A stretch of 25,476 bases of DNA from UHGV virus genome UHGV-1800104; one strand, written 5' to 3'. Position 1 is the first letter of the stretch. Each line of letters starts with the position of its first letter. Below the pieces are notes generated by a model, which saw only the letters and a program-made list of their open reading frames with translations, did no database searches and had not been told where the DNA came from. A program made the position numbers and the translations under genes. The DNA is from a virus. Shown in pieces: positions 15,495-22,483 of the stretch.

Positions 15495-18400
15495 ATGGAT
15501 ATCAGCCCGTTAGCGACGTTGAACAATTACCGCAATGGCGAGCACTCCATATGTCAAAAGCCCTGGAAGAAAAATACAAAGCTCAAGCTGGGAAACGTTG
15601 ATCGCGCTGGTAAAAGAGAGGTTATTTTGAAAGAAAATAAAGACCGTATCGCAATAATTGACGCTATTCAGGAAGCGAGCACAAACGAACTTAAAGCTCT
15701 TGCTGAGGTAAAAGACGCCATTCTTTCTGGGGCAAGCACCATAACTCAACAGGACGAAAGGCAAGGCAGAGTTAGCAACAGACTATCACGCAGGCGTAAA
15801 GACTACGAGCAAAGTACATCTGATAGCGTTAGAGATGTCCAAACTAACCCATATAAAAAACGTCTCCCTGCTAAAAAGGAGAGGGCACCGATAAACCAAA
15901 CCGTGGACCGCTCTATCGTTGCAACGAACACACCAGAAAGTGTTCGCTCTGTGCAATCACGTCAGACCATCCGAAAATCGGACGGTTTTATACCAGTAGC
16001 TGCTAATTCAGCACCTCTTGAACCACAATCCCCCCAAAGTCTAAAAGGCCCGCTGCGGGATAGTAATGGACGTTTTGTATCCCAAAAAAGCAATGAGGAT
16101 GTAGCCAGAAAAAAAGAATTGCAGAACGCACGTAAAGCCGACGCAAAATTACAAGCTGGCTTTCTCAGAAAGCTAGGTTCCATTATGGGGGTAGATGGCA
16201 ATCAGTCTTCCAGTGAAGAGTCTTTAACAAATGCAGCTGGTGTCGGTGCTGGTGGGCCGTTATGGATGGCGGCTCGTGGCATGTACGACATAACTAAAGA
16301 GATCACAGGTAAAGCAGAATCTCTTAAAGAATGGGTAGAAAAGGGGAAAAAAGAAACATCAACCTCGAAAGCGATATCACCAGTAATTACTTATCCGGCG
16401 GCGGTGAATTCTCAAAAATCAACATCTGCAAAAGCGTTCAATAACGCTGTTGAGACAAAATCCGCACAAGCAGTAGAAGAGCAAACCAAAATCCTTCAGA
16501 CCAATGACAACAAAATAATTGATGGTCTGGAAAATGTTTCTGACGAGATAGTTAAGCTTCGGAAATCAGTGTCTTCTGGAAATAAGTTCGGCTTAAGTGA
16601 TCTCTGGAAAAATCGAGCAAGCAGAAGAAATAAAATTAATATTGGTGATCGGGCGGGAAAAAATAAACGGAACAAATCGAAAAGGAAAGGCCGCAATCTT
16701 GGGAAAAAAGCACTCTCCGTTGGCGAAAAAGTTGCTGCCGGTAGCGCTGCAGCTGGCACTGGTGTCGGAACAGCCAAAGCAGTTAAAAATAAGATCAGCA
16801 AACCCAAAGATGTAAGCACTATCAGCGATACATCAAAGGGGATTGCAAAGGAAACAAAAAATACTGCTAAGGCCGTGAAGTCAGCTGGTGTTGTGGCTGA
16901 AGATACTACCATTAAAACCGGCGAAGCCATTGCAAAGAAAAAAACTGAATCTGTAGCCCTCAAAAGTGCTGCAAAAATAGGTGTTAAATCAGCAGCATCC
17001 ACAGCGGCAAGAGCGGTCCCTATCATCGGTTCGCTGGCAATGGCTGGATATGACGCCATAGATGGTTACACAGATACAGAGGCGCAAAAGGCAGCCTTTG
17101 GTTTAAGTGACGATGATGCTGTATCCGAACAGCAAAAAACGGCTTACGCAACAGCTAATGTGCTCGATATGGGGGGCTTGGTGTCGGGCGCAACAAACTT
17201 GATAGGGAAAGGAATTTCTGCGCTAGGATTTGAAAGAGCTGGTGAAAAACTTCAGAATTTTGATACCGGAGATATTGCTCGTGGTGTTAACGGTGCAGTA
17301 GATATCACCAAATCTGTTTTTGGTAGCCTTAAGGATACATTTTTATCCACTGACGAAAACACGAAACAAGTAAAAAAAGCGGTTGAGGATGGCACCAAGA
17401 AGACCGTCGATGCGATTCATTCTTTAGGTGAGCAGCTACAAGGCGGGCGTGATGGTGAAGATGGTGTTGGTGAGCACGGGTATACTTCCCCGGCTGAATT
17501 TAATGCCCCTGCCAGCAACACCATTGCAGCGGATCTGAATATTGGTGGCAGCAACGCTAAAAACCGCAATTACCGGAATAATAACCTCGGCAACCTTGTT
17601 TTCGCTAATCAGGAAGGGGCGGCGCTGGAAGCACCAAATGCAAAAGGTGAACAACGTTTTGCGCGATTTAACACGCCTGAAGAAGGGATCAGGGCGCTGG
17701 CAAACCAGGTGTCAAGCTATTACAACGGCACCAGCGCCGCCGCTGGGTATCAGAAGCTACAGACGGTATCCAGTATTATTTCCAAATGGGCACCCCCAAA
17801 GGAGAACAATACTAATCAATATATTGATAACGTCAGCAAATATCTTGGCGTCTCGCCTAATGAAAAAATAGACGTCAGCAACCCAGAGGTTATGACGCAA
17901 TTAGTTCGTGCAATAGCGACGAAAGAAGGTGGAAACCCGGCGGTTAACAATGAGTTCATAAAGAATGCTCTTGGGGCATTTAACACAAACACTGGTCGAT
18001 GGGAGGGACAATTCTCTGACGAAACATTGGCGCGGATTAATAAAATTCAGAAAGAAAATGGTGGTCAGCTAATTGCCCGCGATTCGCAATATAGTGTTGG
18101 TCGCAAGGTAAAATATGCTAATGGAAAATCTCCAGCTCAACCAGTTTTGAATGCCGTTCCGACAGCAACACAACAGCCAATTGAGGTTGCACAACATGCC
18201 CAGGCAGTCAAAAAGCCACAAAAAACAGGCAATCAATCGCAACCGATTAATCCAGAGAATGTTGATGTTAATACTGGCTCGCCATCAAGTCTGCTTGAGA
18301 GATTAATCGCTATAAATGACAGCGGGGTAGGTAATTTATTTGGAGGTGCGGCTACCAGCCTTGCTGGTACAAGCCTTGGCCTGATTAAGGATTTTGCGTC

Positions 18401-19277
18401 GGCGACTTCGTTTGGTTCTATATCTTCGCTTTCCGAAAAAGCGAAAGGAATGGATCAGGCTCTTACTGAAAAGATATCCAGCTTAACCGGTAAATCTTTT
18501 GGATTTCAAAAAGCAAGCCAGGTAACTGATATAAGAGACGCTTTACAAAAAAGACCAAAAGCTGAACGCGATATGCCTTCAGTGGATCTTCTTTCCGGTG
18601 TTTCTTCGGCAAGTGAGAGTGAAAAAATCTCTGTAAACTCAAGGGGGATTCCAGTTTATGACAATGGATACAAGGTAATTGATGGTGAAGATAAGGGGGT
18701 GCTTGGCTCTTTGTTTGACTCGTCATTAACAGGTCTGAAACGTATTAGCTCTGCTGTGTTACCTGCAATTGGCGATAACGTTTCACAACTTATTGGTGGG
18801 GTAGATGGCACAGGCATTGTTAATGATTTGGTTTATCAGGCTACTGGGCAGAACTCAACAATTGCCAGGGCTATTAGCCCGCTTACCAAGAGCGCCGGTA
18901 GTTGGCTGAATAATGGTATTCAACAAACCGCAGATAGCATTAGAGGTATATCAAACGAAGCCAATAATGCCATATTTGGCTCTGCGTCAGCCGTGCAAGA
19001 ACCTTTTCTTGCTATGCCACCACAGCTTCCTACTGTAACAGATCTCGCACGAAGCGGAATAAGACAACCATTAACTACTGACACTATAAATAACGATCCT
19101 GCTATGTTGAAGGCGCTGGATAACATCTGCTCTATCCTGAACGACCTTCTGAATGTGAACAAGAACAATACAAAAGGCGATCCGGATAAGGTTGTCAAAA
19201 CATCGCAGCCGCAACCGCGACCACGTGCTAGCACAACTATTAATGACCCGTCGCTGGATGCTCTGCTTGAGGATTAA
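15495..19277 (+). CDS. tail tape-measure-like protein, 1260 aa, with an embedded globular domain
   Basis: Very long ORF just upstream of baseplate genes. Lys/Ala/Gly-rich helical regions and hydrophobic Gly-rich segments (GVGAGGPLWMAARG, AVPIIGSLAMAGYDAIDG). An internal block (NRNYRNNNLGNLVFANQEG...SKWAPPKENNTNQYIDNVSKYLGV...ATKEGGNP) looks like a folded domain, possibly cell-wall-interacting. Confidence 0.65.
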   Translation: MDISPLATLNNYRNGEHSICQKPWKKNTKLKLGNVDRAGKREVILKENKDRIAIIDAIQEASTNELKALAEVKDAILSGASTITQQDERQGRVSNRLSRRRKDYEQSTSDSVRDVQTNPYKKRLPAKKERAPINQTVDRSIVATNTPESVRSVQSRQTIRKSDGFIPVAANSAPLEPQSPQSLKGPLRDSNGRFVSQKSNEDVARKKELQNARKADAKLQAGFLRKLGSIMGVDGNQSSSEESLTNAAGVGAGGPLWMAARGMYDITKEITGKAESLKEWVEKGKKETSTSKAISPVITYPAAVNSQKSTSAKAFNNAVETKSAQAVEEQTKILQTNDNKIIDGLENVSDEIVKLRKSVSSGNKFGLSDLWKNRASRRNKINIGDRAGKNKRNKSKRKGRNLGKKALSVGEKVAAGSAAAGTGVGTAKAVKNKISKPKDVSTISDTSKGIAKETKNTAKAVKSAGVVAEDTTIKTGEAIAKKKTESVALKSAAKIGVKSAASTAARAVPIIGSLAMAGYDAIDGYTDTEAQKAAFGLSDDDAVSEQQKTAYATANVLDMGGLVSGATNLIGKGISALGFERAGEKLQNFDTGDIARGVNGAVDITKSVFGSLKDTFLSTDENTKQVKKAVEDGTKKTVDAIHSLGEQLQGGRDGEDGVGEHGYTSPAEFNAPASNTIAADLNIGGSNAKNRNYRNNNLGNLVFANQEGAALEAPNAKGEQRFARFNTPEEGIRALANQVSSYYNGTSAAAGYQKLQTVSSIISKWAPPKENNTNQYIDNVSKYLGVSPNEKIDVSNPEVMTQLVRAIATKEGGNPAVNNEFIKNALGAFNTNTGRWEGQFSDETLARINKIQKENGGQLIARDSQYSVGRKVKYANGKSPAQPVLNAVPTATQQPIEVAQHAQAVKKPQKTGNQSQPINPENVDVNTGSPSSLLERLIAINDSGVGNLFGGAATSLAGTSLGLIKDFASATSFGSISSLSEKAKGMDQALTEKISSLTGKSFGFQKASQVTDIRDALQKRPKAERDMPSVDLLSGVSSASESEKISVNSRGIPVYDNGYKVIDGEDKGVLGSLFDSSLTGLKRISSAVLPAIGDNVSQLIGGVDGTGIVNDLVYQATGQNSTIARAISPLTKSAGSWLNNGIQQTADSIRGISNEANNAIFGSASAVQEPFLAMPPQLPTVTDLARSGIRQPLTTDTINNDPAMLKALDNICSILNDLLNVNKNNTKGDPDKVVKTSQPQPRPRASTTINDPSLDALLED

Positions 19278-19282
19278 TACAG

Positions 19283-19657
19283 ATGCTTTATGAAATAGAC
19301 GCAAGACTTCAAACGAATGAGAGCGGTGTCATTATTGCAGAAGGAAGTACCGCAGCATGGATGGCCCGACTTGACGAGTGGCTACGAACCCCTGAAGGGA
19401 GTGTTTATGGTTTACCCTCTTGGGGGAATCCAATGGAAGAATTTAAGCATGAACCATTCGGCTCTGAAACTTCGCACATAGTTGAAGTGGCTATTGAAGG
19501 GAGAATGATGAAAAAACTACGACAAGACTTGCCAGGTTTGGATGTGGAGGGGATTCGTTGCACATCAATTTCTGAAGATTCTTTATTAATTAGTTTTTAT
19601 GCGAAAGGTGGGAGCATGGATATTGTTATGCAGAAATCAAGTGGGGTGGGCGCGTGA
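19283..19657 (+). CDS. baseplate wedge protein (gpW/gp25-like), 124 aa
   Basis: Small protein directly after the tape-measure gene, with GAGGA RBS. The motif GSVYGLPSWGNP...IEGRMMKKLRQDLPGLDVEGI fits the gpW/gp25 pattern as I recall it. Its stop overlaps the next gene's GTG start. Confidence 0.55.
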   Translation: MLYEIDARLQTNESGVIIAEGSTAAWMARLDEWLRTPEGSVYGLPSWGNPMEEFKHEPFGSETSHIVEVAIEGRMMKKLRQDLPGLDVEGIRCTSISEDSLLISFYAKGGSMDIVMQKSSGVGA

Positions 19658-21084
19658 CGATTACAGAATTACTGGACAAATTTAACGCTAAGTTAAATGA
19701 AAACACATGGTGGTCACGATTTGTAAATAGTCAGTTTGTGCAGATGCACGCTATATTCGGATCACAGCTTATTTATATTGCCCGTACATTTGCAAGCCGC
19801 GGCCTCACTGAGGGACTTATTTCAACGGCTACGCGCCGCTCAAGTATTTTAGCGGTTGCTGAAGACCGTAGTTACGTAGGGCGATTTGTTAGTGCTTCAT
19901 ACGGAACAACGTCTATAACTAATAAAACTGATCGGGATATTACGTTACCAGCCGGGGCTGAATTGCTTGCCAATGACCAAACACCTTTGGCAATTATTAA
20001 CAGTGTTGTAATTCCTGCTGGAGGAACTGTTTCTGGCGTAGAAACTAAACAGCATGAAGCTGTTAGCGTTACATTTGATATTGAGAAGGAAACTTTATTT
20101 CTGACATTGTTGCTTTCCAGAGAGTTAACAAAAGAAGTCTCCAGTCTGGATGTTTATGTTATTACAGATGGCGTAGAAGAAAAATGGACATATAACCCAT
20201 TATTTAGAATGTCCAGAGACAAGAGTAAGCACTATTCATTGGCATATAAACCTACAGAACAACTTGGAGTCAAGTTTGGTGATGGTTCTATGGGTATGAT
20301 GCCTCCAGCAGGCTGTCAGGTTCGAATCGATGTTATGGCTAGCCTTGGCGACTATACTTTGGCTGAAGGACAAAAGTTAGAACCGGCTGGAAATATCGCT
20401 CAATATGTGGAGTCACTAGAGTTTAAAACTGATTCGATCATTACCGGTGGTAGTGGTATGGAAACTACAGAAGAAACTCGAAATCGTGCTCAGTATTATG
20501 TTGCATACGATGAACAAGTGGTATGGGGCGGTGATTATCGCCAATTCATTCAGAATGTTGTTCATGGAACTTCATGGTTGAACGTTTGGGGCGAAGCGTT
20601 ACAAGAGAAAATAACTGGGTTTGACGTTCGAAACATCAACAAGATTTTCTTTTGCGGACATAAGCCAGGTGTAAGCCAGGCTCAGCTAAAATCAGAAATA
20701 CTGAAAGCTCTAGAGAATGTTCCAAATGAGTTGAACAAGCGGTTTGAGTATGTAGATACAAATGAACAACCATTTACTATAAAATTTACAGGTATTGCAC
20801 GTAAAAATGTTCTGATAGACGACGCTCAAAATGCTATTAAAGCAGCGTTGGAAGATAATTTTGGTCGTGATTCGTCATCATTCAGTTTATTACTACAGAG
20901 TGATGATGATTCTCAGCAATGTTATGCACAGGTAAAAGTTAAAGATATTTGGCGAGTAATAGAGTCGCTGGATATGTTTCTCTCTTATGACATAACAATA
21001 CAAAATATGAAAGATGCAGTTTACTTTAATGACTTCATTTATCTTGACGTGAAATCTTCAACGTTCAGTATTTCTTACCCGTAA
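19654..21084 (+). CDS. baseplate protein, 476 aa (gpJ/gp6-like by position)
   Basis: GTG start overlapping the upstream stop (GTGA), i.e. translational coupling with the wedge gene. Assignment is by position and size only. Confidence 0.4.
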   Translation: MTITELLDKFNAKLNENTWWSRFVNSQFVQMHAIFGSQLIYIARTFASRGLTEGLISTATRRSSILAVAEDRSYVGRFVSASYGTTSITNKTDRDITLPAGAELLANDQTPLAIINSVVIPAGGTVSGVETKQHEAVSVTFDIEKETLFLTLLLSRELTKEVSSLDVYVITDGVEEKWTYNPLFRMSRDKSKHYSLAYKPTEQLGVKFGDGSMGMMPPAGCQVRIDVMASLGDYTLAEGQKLEPAGNIAQYVESLEFKTDSIITGGSGMETTEETRNRAQYYVAYDEQVVWGGDYRQFIQNVVHGTSWLNVWGEALQEKITGFDVRNINKIFFCGHKPGVSQAQLKSEILKALENVPNELNKRFEYVDTNEQPFTIKFTGIARKNVLIDDAQNAIKAALEDNFGRDSSSFSLLLQSDDDSQQCYAQVKVKDIWRVIESLDMFLSYDITIQNMKDAVYFNDFIYLDVKSSTFSISYP

Positions 21085-21094
21085 TGAGGTTAGC

Positions 21095-21940
21095 ATGAAA
21101 GATAATTGGCTTAAGGAACGATTAACTAAAGTAAAACAGGATTCACATCTCTGGAGTGCATTTATAGACGCTTTACAGGATGTCTGGAATGAGGCAGTAG
21201 AACCAATATTAACAAGAATAAGTAATAGAAAATCCTTCTTCACTATGGACAGTGAGGATATGGATGCCCGCATTGCTGAATACGGGCGTTTTTTCGTTAT
21301 CACTGAAAAAGATAAGGCTCGTAGGCCAATGCTGCTGGCACAACGTTTAGATGAAGTGCACTTTAAAGGCACTATCTTGCCAATTGAGCAGACATTCTGG
21401 CGTGAATTCGGTTGTATTCCTGTTAGTTGGGAACCGCTGTATGCACCTGTAAATATAGAAAAACACCCCTATGGTTCATATTTTGCGACCGAAATAGAAA
21501 TACCTACGGCACAGGCTCAATTCGGTGAGTTCTTCCTGACATCAAGGGGGCTGGTCGTTGTTGATCAGAACAAGCTATATCGCTCATATGGAGAGCAGGA
21601 TAAAGAAGCCGCTGTACAGAAATTGTTATCTGACTTCGAAACAGTAATAGCCCCTTTATTGCCATTGCATATTGTTTTTGATGGCGTCTCGTTTCGGCTT
21701 AGTGCTGTATTCCCTGAAGTGGCAGAAATACTAAATTGCTTGTCTACGGATGTTTCGGTAATTGAAGGTGTTTATGTTACTGAGAGTATGGCTGATATGC
21801 TATCCCGTAGTGATACCTCCTGCCAGGTAGACAATATTTCTCTTAACGCCATACCGAACCGAACGGCAGAAAAGCAATTACATCTTGATGTAACCCCACT
21901 CGATGCGTGGCCTTTGGATTACCACCTTCAACCTGTTTAA
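21095..21940 (+). CDS. baseplate or tail protein, 281 aa (gpI-like by position)
   Basis: Starts 10 nt after the previous stop in the same orientation. No motif recognised. Confidence 0.35.
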   Translation: MKDNWLKERLTKVKQDSHLWSAFIDALQDVWNEAVEPILTRISNRKSFFTMDSEDMDARIAEYGRFFVITEKDKARRPMLLAQRLDEVHFKGTILPIEQTFWREFGCIPVSWEPLYAPVNIEKHPYGSYFATEIEIPTAQAQFGEFFLTSRGLVVVDQNKLYRSYGEQDKEAAVQKLLSDFETVIAPLLPLHIVFDGVSFRLSAVFPEVAEILNCLSTDVSVIEGVYVTESMADMLSRSDTSCQVDNISLNAIPNRTAEKQLHLDVTPLDAWPLDYHLQPV

Positions 21941-21943
21941 TAA

Positions 21944-21969
21944 TTCTTCCCCCGCATTTGGGGGAAGAA
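21944..21969. other. perfect 10-bp GC-rich stem-loop immediately after the 281-aa gene
   Basis: TTCTTCCCCC-GCATTT-GGGGGAAGAA begins 4 nt after the stop codon. No T-run follows on either strand. Confidence 0.4.
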
Positions 21970-22034
21970 CAACGGAAATCACAAACTGAGCATACTCTCC
22001 TTTGGTTCATTGCTTATGAAGGAGCTATGTTCGT

Positions 22035-22481
22035 ATGGCTGAAAATTTAAAGGCAAGAGATGGTAACCGCCTGTATAAGGCGCAATTGCTTTCCTACTAT
22101 TATTCACGCCGCGCAGAGTCGGCGATCGGCAAAGGTGCGCGTTTTGTTATCTCTAAGGCGTATTGGTGCAAATCTAGTCTGGTAACTGCTAATGGTGCAG
22201 GAGGCTGGAATATAGCGGACATTCCACTCGATTTTAAATTGAGTGACGCTCAACAGTTTGCCGTGTCCGATCTGATATTATCCAGCGTGGATGGGATTAT
22301 CACTATCAATGCAGCCTTCCCTCAAGAAAGAATGCCGGATAACACGCCTTACGACTTTAACACGCTTGTGCTTGTTGATGCTGAGGAACAGGCTTTTGGT
22401 GTGCTTTGCACCCAGCAAGATACCCTCTATAAAGGTAAACGTTACAGTATTCTCATGACAATCGAGCAAGTTGAGGGTTGA
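22035..22481 (+). CDS. hypothetical tail-associated protein, 148 aa
   Basis: AAGGAG lies about 11 nt upstream. Ends 2 nt before the tail fiber ATG. No family recognised. Confidence 0.45.
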   Translation: MAENLKARDGNRLYKAQLLSYYYSRRAESAIGKGARFVISKAYWCKSSLVTANGAGGWNIADIPLDFKLSDAQQFAVSDLILSSVDGIITINAAFPQERMPDNTPYDFNTLVLVDAEEQAFGVLCTQQDTLYKGKRYSILMTIEQVEG

Positions 22482-22483
22482 TT

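Noticed and set aside
16496-17059. 187-aa minus-strand ORF inside the tape-measure gene
   Set aside because: Antisense to the Lys/Ala/Gly-rich tape-measure frame; the low-complexity hydrophobic translation is typical of a shadow ORF.
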